From Tubulanus polymorphus (Eukaryota > Animalia > Nemertea): a DNA stretch of 64,000 nucleotides. A program made the translations under genes and the position numbers. The stretch covers positions 12,090,001 to 12,154,000 of the forward strand of contig NC_134025.1 in the NCBI RefSeq assembly GCF_964204645.1. Reading direction: 5' to 3'. The notes beneath the pieces were generated by a model. It did not search any database, had not been told where the DNA came from, and saw nothing but the letters and a program-made list of their open reading frames with translations. The stretch's first letter is position 1; each line of letters begins with the position of its first letter. Of this stretch, positions 14,301 to 26,300 are shown one piece after another.

Positions 14301-17300
14301 TGTACAACAGCGCGTAAAGATAATTGACTTTTAATTGGAAATGGCCTCACAACAGTGGCGCTCCGCCTACGCACGCACAGATACCAAACAAGCACACATA
14401 TATACATTGTAGCAGAACGTCCTCGGAAACAGAGACCAAGATAAAATAACACAGAAGCGACGACGAGTACAAGCAAACAAACGCTTTTACGGTCCGTGCC
14501 ATTACTGGTCGCCGCGAGGAATTCTCACCCAATTTCCGGAATTGACATCGGCGATCCTAAATTTCCGGAATTCCGGATATTTCCGGAAAACTAGCATCTC
14601 TGTAGTAATTTTTAAGTTAAACACATTCGCTGCCACAGCCGGTGCGCTTCTTGCCAGTCGCTACTAGTAGTTGGCAATAGCTATCACGAAGTTAGCCACC
14701 ATTCAAAATTAATCACTGCGTTTTAAGAATGCAGCAGTTTTTTTCACATTGCCAGGCAATAAGGAACTACGTCATTCCAATTGCCAGAGCTCAAATATGC
14801 TTCTTAAAAATGCATACCTCTTTATGTTGGTACTTGATCAATTCTTGCGGTACGTTGATTTCATGAACTTTCAGTTCTGCCTCGCCACCAGTTTCTTCCA
14901 ACAGCCAGAATAATATGTTTCCATCATCGCCGACGCAAGAGAATTCATTCGAGGTCGTCGGGTCCCAGCGTATGTCATGTATGGCGATGGCCGTTTCTGT
15001 GTGTATGAGTATCTGGTGAGTGTACGTACTCCATATTACGATCAAGTTCTCCCTGTAATCGCCTGTGAAGGCAAAGATGAAAGAAAGCAAGCAATAAGTA
15101 GGGGATAGATATGCATGCGTACCAACCAATACGAATTGAAAATTGTATAGCTTCAATATCTAACTCTTCAAGCGGGAACAAAAAAAGTACTTGACCCCAA
15201 TTTCACGTAAGGAGATTATGTGTTTTTTTTAAATATATTGCTGAGTTATCAAATAGGAAGATTGTAAGTTAAAACATGTGGAAATTTTCCTAAAAGAAAA
15301 AAAGTTTTTTTCTTTGTATGCATGAGTCATGAATGAGACTGATGAGATGACAGCTCATCAAGATGGCAGCCAATAGGGTAAAAATTGGTGGATAAAAACC
15401 AGTTTCATACGTCAAAGATCCCTTCCTAATGTACCCTGATGTATACCCATCACGGATTTCAACGAAAAATGGCAAACCATCAGGACGCCACTAGTCTTGA
15501 AATTCAGGACTAGAATGACCTTTTGATACATAGAGATATGAAACGTCGAGGTAAGTGGTCGAAGCATCTACAAAATTTCCCTTGAAAACTTCGATTCTGT
15601 GTAAAACGCGCTGATTTTGGCAAACAAGAATAGCTGCCAGTTGGCCATTATAATTCTGATTGGGCCAGTTTTTTGGTTGCAGAGGTCTCTCAGATAAATA
15701 CATGTATAAACCAGTTATCAACACAAATCCACTTAAGCGTCTTCTGAAGATTCCCCAAACTGGATTCTGCATGGACAAACGGTCAGACGAATGACGGATA
15801 AAAGTGAATGCAATAGCCCGCTGGGGCTAAAAACCGTACGATTTTGGAATTTGTTAAATGTTTCTAACTTACTGACTGAGATTAGGAAGCGATCATCCCG
15901 CGAATAATCCATACAAACTATGTCCGTCTTATGGTGAGACAACACGGCAGTACATTCCATGCTGATCAAATCCCACAGAAATATCGCACTCGGGGTGTCT
16001 GACTGCGGGCCACAGGCAGATGCCATTGCCTATAAAAATCAGATGTTATTTGTCGTGAGGAACAATCATAGCGTCATGGCCTTTATACAATGATTGTAGG
16101 AGTGCTGCTTGTCACCCTTTTATTCCCTTCAATTCCATGCTGGAATGGCCATGCACCTGCCCGTGGCAGAGAAAATCGTACAGTATCTTGAGTTATTCCA
16201 CTAAACCTCTTGCTTGCCCACTGAGTTGGGGAGAACTGGGTACCTGGTTATCTGATCAACTGTGTTTCGTTGAAATATTTATTTATGAATACCTAAACAG
16301 GGCTGCCATTCTCTGCAAAGCTTCAACAGCAGGTCCTAACATTATTGGCTTCATTTCATTGAAAAATGGATTAAAAGTTCTAAAAGAACCATACCTGACA
16401 GTCATTCTGCAATGCTAAACATGATATTTCCTCCACATGACCTAAAATATACCAATAAGATTCATCAATACATATTAGAAGGATGGATATCACATCATCG
16501 TGTACAACTAGATAATTACCCATTAGGTGTTTTTGTTTTCCTGATGCCAAATCCTCCACAATTACAATACATCCCAGCGTATAGGCGAAAAATCCTTAAA
16601 CAAAGAAATTATTCACTCACTTTACTAGATCTCCAGGAGCAAGTAAATCAGACAAAACTTAGATTTAAGATGAGTCTAAGCTCTTTTTGTTCTCTTGCCA
16701 ATCTATCGACTTAAGACTGATCTTACGATTGAAGATTATTTTTGGACTTTCCATGCGACTTTCCTGAAAACCAGATCCTGAGATTTTGCGAACTTTATTT
16801 CGAAAGAAATTTTTTCAAAAAATATTGGGTTCTCAAACTTCTAGACGGTCTAATACGCTTCCCTACACTAAAATATTACAATTTTTGGAACTAAAATTTG
16901 TATTTCCGAGTAGTACTTACCCTTTCCTATGGTTTTTGCCAATATTTTCTAAATTTGGATTTATCGCCAATGGTTTTTCTATACGACCCGGCCCTGCGGT
17001 ATTGCATTTAGCCACCGGCGAAATCCGCCATCTTTTTTCGTCATAGCAGACCAAAAAAAAAAAACAGCTATGCGGGGCAGGTGGGCGGGATTCCCACCAT
17101 AGGAAAGGGTAAGTACTACTCGGAAATACAAATTTTAGTTCCAAAAATTGTAATATTTCCATCGAGTACTGTACCCTTTCCTATGGTTTTTGCTAGACTA
17201 GCCTAGCACAAGGATGGTGGGAAAGGTAGATAGAAAAACCACCGCTCAAACGCAAGGTAAGAGGGAAAAAGAGAGCACTTACCCAAGCACGGAATGGAGC

Positions 17301-20300
17301 ACTGTAGCACAGGGAAGACCGGTTGGCCACAGTGAGTCCGTCCAGCTCAGGAGCCCCCCCCCCCCCCAGAATTTTGCGAAATTAATACTTGCAGATATGA
17401 GCCCAAACTATGTACAAGGATACACCCCCTGTGATCCTGATAATGCTACATAAATATTCTACACTAAAGGGTCCGATCGGAAAGAACGGACACCTTGAGC
17501 CATGACAACAGGACCAAGTGAAGCTAATGAGCCTAACTGGCCTGAAACATCCCGTAAATAAAATGACGTGAATGTCGACGGTGAATTCCAAAAGGCGGCC
17601 CGACAGACTTCCTCCAACGGAGCACCCGAAAAGGCTGCGCAGGAAGTAGCCATAGACCTCACTTGATGAGAAACGACTCCCTCCGAGGAAAGATTCTCCT
17701 TCAATAAAATGTCCTTGATCATTGAAGAGACCCATCGGGCTACTGTGTCCCGCGAAATATCACCCTTTAGGTGATCCAGCAGCGGAATAAATAACCGCTC
17801 CCGTGAACCCCTCCGTGAAGCAGAGCGATCTAAATAGAAACACAATGCCCGCACAGGACATAAAGTCCTGTCCGGGATGCCCGGTTCCACTCGATGTTTT
17901 AGGGCTTCAATTCGCCATTGGCGCCCAACCGAGCCTGGTCGTTGGTTCTTTGCCAAAAATTCCAAAGCAGGCCGCAGCGAAACAAATTCATTCGCTGGCC
18001 CAAAGACAATGTGACCTTGTCGGACTGAAAGCGCATGAATCTCAGAGCGACGGGCCGAGCAAGCCAAGAACAGCAAAAATACAGTCTTTTTTGACAAATT
18101 TGCAAAAGACGCTGCCGAAAGAGGTTCAAATGGAGCCTCCATTAACTTCTTCAAAATTACAGACAGATCCCATGGTGGAACTGTCCTTGTTACCCGAGGC
18201 CGGGAAATAGAAAACCCAGCAACCAGCTGGGATATCCGATGATCCCCTGCTACATTTGGCCATCCAGAAGCACGCAATGTATGAGAAATCGCGGAGCGGT
18301 AACCTTTAATAGTTATGACCTGTAAACCTTTTGCTACAAATAGGTGCAGTAAAAAATCTGCCAATTGAGCTACAGAGGGTGAGCATGGATCAATTTCCCC
18401 TGCAGCACACCAATCCGCAAAATGACTCCATTTGGCATCGTAAATGGTACTTGTTGATGGCCGCTTAGATCCTGCGATAAAGGAGGCAGCCTGTTCTGAA
18501 AAGCCTGAAGCTGACAAGGATCGCTGGACAATGGCCAGGCGAGCAGATTTAACCACTGGCTGTTTGGATGATGCCGAAAGATCCCCTGAGACAGAAGCGA
18601 TGGGAAATTCGGAAGAATCCTGGGGTTGTCGCACAGTAGGTTGAGAAGTGGTAGGAGCCGGCCAACATGGTGCTACCAGAACTATGTTGCAATTGACTGA
18701 TCTCTCTATTTGATCCAGTAGGCGCGGCAGGACTGGTGTGGGCGGGAACGCATACGCATGCATCCCCGACCAGTCCAGAGAGAAGGCATCGACCCCCCAC
18801 GCTTCCGCGTCTGGAAACGGGGACACAAACAGAGGACACCTCCGATTGAACCGGGTGGCAAACAGATCCAGCAGCGGATTGCCAAAATGCCCCGAACCCG
18901 ATCGGCTACTTCTTGGTGGAGAACCCATTCTGTCGCAATAGCCTGACCTCGACGAGACAGAGCATCGGCCATCACGTTCCTTTTCCCTGCTAAATGTGCC
19001 TCAGTCAGGGACACGCCCTTTGTCTGGCACCAAAGAAGAATTTTGGCCGACAGACCTGTGAGGGTTTCTGAGTGAGTGCCCCCTTGGTTCTGAAGGTAAG
19101 TCCTCACTGTTGAATTGTCTGTGGCTAACCAAACGTGGTGGCCCTCCACTCTCCTGTGAAAGAACTTCAGGGCCTTCCACACGGCCAGCATTTCTAGGAA
19201 ATTTATGTGGTTGGTGGCCTCGTAGCGAGACCATTTCCCGGCTTTGACTCGGTTCTCCAGATGTGCCCCCCAACCTTGGTGACTGGCATCCGTGAATACA
19301 CGAACTGGAGCCTCTAACGGGGCTAGTGACACCCCGAGCCGAAGATTCGTAGTGGCCGCCCACCACTGAAGATCCGGACTTAGATCGGTCGGAGGTACGG
19401 GAATCAAGGCCTCCCAGTTGCCCTTCGACTGAGACCAGAAGACCTTCCAATATTGTTGCAAGCGCCTGCTTCTGAGGCGGCCTAAGGGCACCACCAGACC
19501 CATGGAGCTGATGGAGCCTAGAAGCCGTGACCAGTAACGAGCTGTTCTCGGGGTTGTGGACACTCCCGCTACAGCTTCTTGAAGTTTGGCCACTCGAACC
19601 ATAGACGGAAAGACTTTGCCGATCCGGAGATCGAAGTCCATGCCGAGATAAGTGAACTGTTGGGCCGGCGTCAACTGAGATTTTTCCCTGTTTACGCGGA
19701 ACCCTAGCTGATGGACTAAGTCCAAGACTGAGGTCATTGCCTCCCGACATTCCTGAGCCGAATTCGCGACTATTAACCAGTCGTCGAGGTAAACGAACAG
19801 TCGAACACCCCTTGACTGAAGTACCTTCTGAACTGACTTGACCAACTTGGTGAAAACCCACGGGGCCGTACTGAGGCCAAATGGAAGAGACCTGAATTGG
19901 AACTGGCGGCCTTTCCACTTTATCCTGAGAAATCGCCGAGATTTTGGGTGAATTGGAACCTGAAAGTAAGCATCCTTCAGGTCCAATGAAGCCGCCCATT
20001 GACCCGGACGGAGCCCTTGAATCACGTCCTTGGGCTTGGTCATCCGGAACCTTGGAATGTCTAGGTGCCGATTGAGGGATGACAGATCTATCACTGTCCG
20101 TTGACCCCCTGTGGCCTTTGGTACCATGAATATTCGAGAAAACCAGCCGGGAGAAGTTTCGTTGCAAACTGGTTCTATCGCTCCCTTCTCTGCCAGTTCC
20201 TTGAGAGCCGGAGAGATTAAGGCCTCCTGACCTGGTTTTGGCCGCATGTCAGGAGGTGACCTCATCAGGCGCGGTCGCCTTAGGAAACGGAGACGGTAGC

Positions 20301-23300
20301 CCCGAGAGACGACCCGGGAGGGCCAACCGTCTCCAAAGAGGTCGGACCAGTGGGTTGCTGCCTGCTGCAGACAACCTCCCACTGGTCCCAAGAATTCATT
20401 TCGAGTTTTTCCGAAAGGAAGAGCCCCTTTTTGGAGCCTTCCCCTTGCCTCGATACGAACCGGGAATGTTACGACCGGACGAGGCTTGACACGATTGTTG
20501 AAGTTGCGCGCTAGTTCTCCAACCGGCATCCGAAGCCGCCTGAGAAAGCGCTGAAGTTTGAGATGGTCCTGTTTGCGTCCGTGCCGAACCTTGCGCCGCC
20601 GGCGTCGGACCAGAACTCTTTTTCCACGGAGTTCGGGGGTTGGACTTGGCCTGAACCTCCCGAATCTTCCTCAGCTCTGCGGAAACCGGAGCGCACCAAC
20701 CGGAGAAGAGACGTGAAGACGTCCCCAATGGGGCTCTCAGCAAAGCATTGGACACCATATCCGGTAGACGAGTTTTGGCACTGGAGTCCATCACTGACTG
20801 ACGGGAGGCTAACACCAGATTAGCCTGACCCCGAACCGACAACGGAATTACATGCGAAACAGACCGAGCCAAAGATTGGATAATCCGGTCCATTCCCTCC
20901 AGTTTTAGGGCAACTGACTCTGGGTCGGAGCCCGCATGAACGGCGGCGTGAGTCTCGCGAAGCTCACCCGTCAACACCTTAAGTGCCATATCTTGAAACG
21001 AACCAACCCTGGTAAGATTGTCCAGGATTGACGTCATGGCCACCAAACCGGACTTAGGGAAACGAATACCCGACTGTGCTGTAACAGTATCCGGGCTGAT
21101 CAAAGTATAATCAGCATCCAGGCAGTTATGACTGTGATCCACAGCACCTGGAGTTGCGTAATACGCCGAGCGAAATGCGCCTATAGGTGGATCGGTTGAA
21201 CTAAAATATTTCCCAGATTTCATACCCCGTTCTGGAGGGGGAAATGAAAAAGTTCCAGGCCGACATTCACCCCATAATTGCGTATCCAATCGAGCCCATT
21301 CTCTTGAAACCGCTGACGATTCCCGTAAAACGTTAAGATCGGAGTCCGGAGGGCGATAAGCTTCCATTGACTCACCGACCAGAGGAGCTGCTGTGGGCTT
21401 AGCGCGAGTTGCCCCGTGCTTGACAAAGAACTCACTTATCATCGCTCTAAATGGCATGTCCCCCGCTGGTTCGGATAAAACTGAACGGGAAGGAGATACA
21501 TTGCGAGCCATGGAAGCCCCCATCGTCTGGGGCAACCCACAATTGCTTGCGACAGGAACGACCCCAGAAGGAATTGCCGCCTCTGGGACCGGATCCTCAT
21601 TGAAATCAGACCCTACCGCAGCATCCAGGAATTCAGAGTCAGAATTCCGAAAAACTGAGTGGGCTGGCGAACTTCTAACCGGACAATCAGGAATAGGCTT
21701 ACCTGTTGTAGAAGTTGCAGCGACTTGTTGCGACGAAGATAACAAGTTTAAAATTTTCTCCTCAAATACATGGAAATCCTTCTGAGTCAGGTATTTTCCA
21801 GTATCCCGACGATCATGCCGACTTCGGTGACGGTCCCTCGAACGGGATCGCGACCTACTAGAAGAATCGCTTTCATCGCTAACCGACGTCGACGAACGAT
21901 GAGAAGACCGACGGCGAAACTTCCGACAATAACGATCGTAGTCCCTCTCGCGATCAAACCTTGATCTGCGAGAAGGAGATCTTGCTCGTTTATTACGCTC
22001 ACGGCGTCTAAATCTAGTGGGAGAGCGAGCTCTATCCCCAGAGCGACGATCAGAATCAGACGATGAACGTACCGGATGTTTTGAACCGGACGACGTCTGG
22101 ACCGGACCGGTGGCCGAACCGGACCGATGCCCGACCCGGACCGGTACCGACCGAACCGGTGCGGGCCGTTCGCGACTACCGCGGCGCGCGCTCGGTTCCG
22201 AACATGTAGTCTGAACCGGCCGAACCGGTGAACGACCAGAGACCGGTGAATGACCGGAGACCGGTGCCGGTGAACGACCAGAGACCGGTGAATGACCGGA
22301 GACCGGTGCCGGTGAACCAGCGTTCCTCCCCGGTGAACGGAGTTGGGAAGCCGATCGTACCTGAACGACCGGCGACCGCTCCGCTTTACGATAAGAAACA
22401 GGATTAGAAACGTCGGTTGGCACATCGGCCGAAACCGACGAATCCCTGCTAACTCGACGACGATCTCTTAGTTTAAGAGCCTTATCGGCCCGAAGCCAAA
22501 GGTCCTCGGACCACACGACGCAAATATTGCAAGGATTGCTCCTTGCACATATTTGACCGGATTTGCGCCTGCACGACGCACATGAATCGTGGTTGTCCCA
22601 GGCGCCAAACAAATGCCCGCATCCCTCCCCGCCACGATGCTGACCCTTAGGAGGGGGTGGCATAATTATCCTGTTACAAATCAAAACAATTCAATTCAAT
22701 TCAATCAAATTATATTTGTAAATAAAATTCTTACGGAAAAAAAGAAATCAGGGATAACCCCCAAACCGAACGGACTCACCGTTACGAGAGTGAAAACTCC
22801 CTAATATCCTAATTCCCAGATTTTTACGGCGAAAAAATCCAACGCGTTCTACTGCGAGAACGCCAAGAAAAAAGATGGCGGATTTCGCCGGTGGCTAAAT
22901 GCAATACCGCAGGGCCGGGTCGTATAGAAAAACCATTGGCGATAAATCCAAATTTAGAAAATATTGGCAAAAACCATAGGAAAGGGTACAGTACTCGATG
23001 GAAATATGATGATTCAGCTTGTTTCTGATGATCTAGCTATTCTGGGGTCGTTAGGGCCCCCAAAATGTAAAAAAAATGTATAGACACCGTATACCAGCCG
23101 CTGTGTCTATTTATAAAGCTTTCAATTTTGCCCTACTTTGTTTACACAACTTGACCTCAATTCACCGATAATGACTTTCGTGACCTACATAGATTTTATT
23201 CATACACCCGCCAGCGAACTCGAACAAAAACAAATCCCTGGGGTTGCCAGGACTACCAGGCATACATACAAGCCGTATAAGCTTTATACATTGCCATTTA

Positions 23301-26300
23301 GACAGTAAGGGGATAAGTAGGTCATCCACCTGTGACGTGGCGCCACATCGCGCAAGAACTAGCGTTCTGGAGACTGTGTCGTCCGGTCACAGTTAGCATG
23401 GAAAGACTTGGAACTGCATTCAAAGTTTATATCAGAGGTGAAAACCCACCTAGTTTGATAGTAAATCTAACAATTTAAAACCAGTTTTATGATCAAGACC
23501 ACGTTATGACTCTGACCAGAATGTGCAACTGGGTGCTGGTATCATGGTATTATCAAATTCTACAATTAGGAATCTGAACCAATAAAGAACTGAGAAAGTA
23601 AATACCATTTTCTGGTTGCCAGACCATGTTCGATCGACCATTTCCATTATAACCAATAGCTGCTTTCATTGTAAGTCCGGCTTGATTTGGAAGCGCAACG
23701 TACCTTTTCTACAACACCCGAAAATAACGTTCGTATTAACACGATAATTGACAAGGTACCAGTGAAATTAGGATAAATCAACGTTTTCTCAAATAAGAAC
23801 CTGAGCTAACGGGGCTTTTTTCTCGCGAGCCGAAAAATGTTTAAGAACATGCGGTTGAAAATGTGAGCTTCCGTCTGCTAGGTTTCTCGTTTTTCCAACA
23901 GCACCATCGTGTTTCACGTGACATTTAGTCTTTACTTGTAGAGGTGTTTCTTCTTGTTGTTCATCCTCCAAAACATCCCTCCCCACAGCATCAGCCAACC
24001 CATTATCATCAGGCGCGTCAATAACTTCGAATGACTGAAAAATATACGTAAAATAATAAAAATTATATGATGAACAAATATTAAAGAAAAAAAAAAAACA
24101 AAAACAAAATGAATACAATGTAGGCCTATACATATGAACAAGTGTTTCAAAAATAATGCTGAGCCCATAATCTAAAGGTAGTCTAAAGCTAAAAGATATT
24201 TCTGAAATTGTTATAATCATCTTCACCCTCGGTAATTCTCCATTGGCAGGGAATCGAACCTGATGAGACTCTGTGAGACTCCCACAGCAGGAATTCGTGA
24301 CATGGCAGTCTCAGTTTTGAGACTCTTGGCATACAATACATGCACCACTTATACGTTAGACAGCAATTGTGGACAAAACAAAAGTACATTACTGGTACAA
24401 ATCATCACAAAATTCTGCTCCCTTAGTAAAAATATTCCCTATATGTAAGAGAATGTTAACTGGTCCAAATTTTAATAAAGACAGAGTTCACTGCAATCGA
24501 TATAAACTGAGAAATCTGCAAAGGCTCCTTGGTATCAAACACCAGTTTTAACACAAAGTTTAATAAATCAACTATAGTGAGTTATATGATGGGTTTAAGT
24601 CGCAACTCCGGCCTACGAAACCGGCAAAGAAATCTTACCTGTCTTATATGTGTACTGTCACGCTTTGGTGTGATTACTAAAATATCATCATCATCTACAG
24701 ACACTTCAGAAGCTGTCTCAACATCTAGTGTAATCAAAGCAACAAACCACTGATCAGTTAAGAAAACACTATCTGACTCCAATAAATGAGGAATCACTGG
24801 ACCCAGTTACGCAACTGTTAGCAAGATACAATTCTTGACAGTCAAAATTTCACTTAAATTCCATGATGAAATAAAACTCAAAACCTAAGAGCTGGGTCCT
24901 GTTAGTTTGTTTTTTCTTCAAATTCAATGGATTTTACCTCCATTGGGTACTCTAGCTATAGTACTCAATTCTTGAGCTTCTGTCTGGAAATCATCTAGTT
25001 GTTTTTTTGTATTCACGACTGGGTTTCGAGGAATACAATCCGTTATATCTTCAGTGCGTACGAATGATGTGGACACAGCTTGACGTCCCCTAAAAAATAA
25101 ATTTTAGAAATCTAAGATTTTATTTTTAGATTTCAGAAATTTTATTCTTTGCTTCGGATATTTTTTCAAAATGGTGATCAAAGATGGAATTATGCTAATA
25201 TGGTAAACTAAATATCCTAGGATTATCAGAATTTCTCCTCATTCTTAGAAAAACGGACATTAGAAATGGTTACCTTTCAAAATAGGTAATAGGTTCCACT
25301 TACTCTGGTTGTGTTGGTTGCGAGTCAATATTTGCCATAAAATCCCAAATGAAAATGGCTTCTCCAATACTGATAATTGACATCGCATCGGGAGTAAACA
25401 ACAGTCCTGATACAGCCTCCGAATGACCGATAAACACCTACAATTTGTAATCAATCAATACATTTCAGTTCGCTGAATTCATATTTTCACAAAGGCTTCA
25501 TTGAGAAATAACTTACTTGAAAGTTGATGTCCAAACGCATGTGATAGTCCCAGATTTTGATCAGACGATCTCCACTAGTTGCCAAGTAACGACCATCGGG
25601 ACTTACTGTCAAAGCGCTGCAACTGTTGCGGTGTATATGATCAATCTGCGCATCGTTAAAAACAAGATAGAATTTTGTCGAAATAATAGTTGACGTCAAT
25701 CTAACTAGCCAATGCGCTCATTGTTTTAAGTTAATTTTCACGATTTTCCTTTCTCTATCGAGTACGAGTAGCAATTATTAAGGTGGATACCTGATTGGCC
25801 TTGCAATTAGCATTCATAGTCAAGAGGTTGAACAAAATTACAAGCAACTAATAGTAATTTAGCTTTGTTAAAGCAAGCCGAATGAGCAACGGTATATCAT
25901 CAGATTCATCACTTGAAGTAAAACAGTAGATGATACCGCAGGTTCAATCACGTGAACACCTGCTGATTTTTGCAGCTAAGCCAATAATCATAGAAGAGTC
26001 TTAGCTTTCTGATTGGCTTTTTATACTGATATTTTTGCATCCAGATTTCGGCGTTAAACCTCATGCATATTCTAACCAGGCCTTTTTTTCTTCAAAATTC
26101 AGCTCCCTAGGAATTGGAGAATGCTTAATGCTTTACTTAATGATTTGTTAGAATATATGCTCAGTTGCACATTCAAAGGGCCATTCTTCTGGAAACCATG
26201 TCATTTAAATTCGCTCCATTTGTATAGTAACAGGCTCAGCCTAGGGCTGGCCTAAAAACCATACATGAATTCAATCGCTCACCTGAGCCAGTAATTTACC

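Larger units (their letters stand above)
16871..23007 (-). mobile_element. Full-length DIRS1-group tyrosine-recombinase retrotransposon in a WDR90 intron
   Basis: ITRs at 16918-17038 and 22868-22988 with distinct outer extensions. The ICR at 17096-17193 is the exact complement of both termini. Contains overlapping gag, RT/RH, MT and YR frames; aaatat at both ends. Confidence 0.97.

Noticed and set aside
19001-20167. 388-aa alternative-frame ORF inside DIRS pol
   Set aside because: No motifs, and S/G/R-rich composition typical of a shadow frame. Long open overlapping frames are common in DIRS, so it is not called as a gene, though it may be a 5' extension of the original YR frame.
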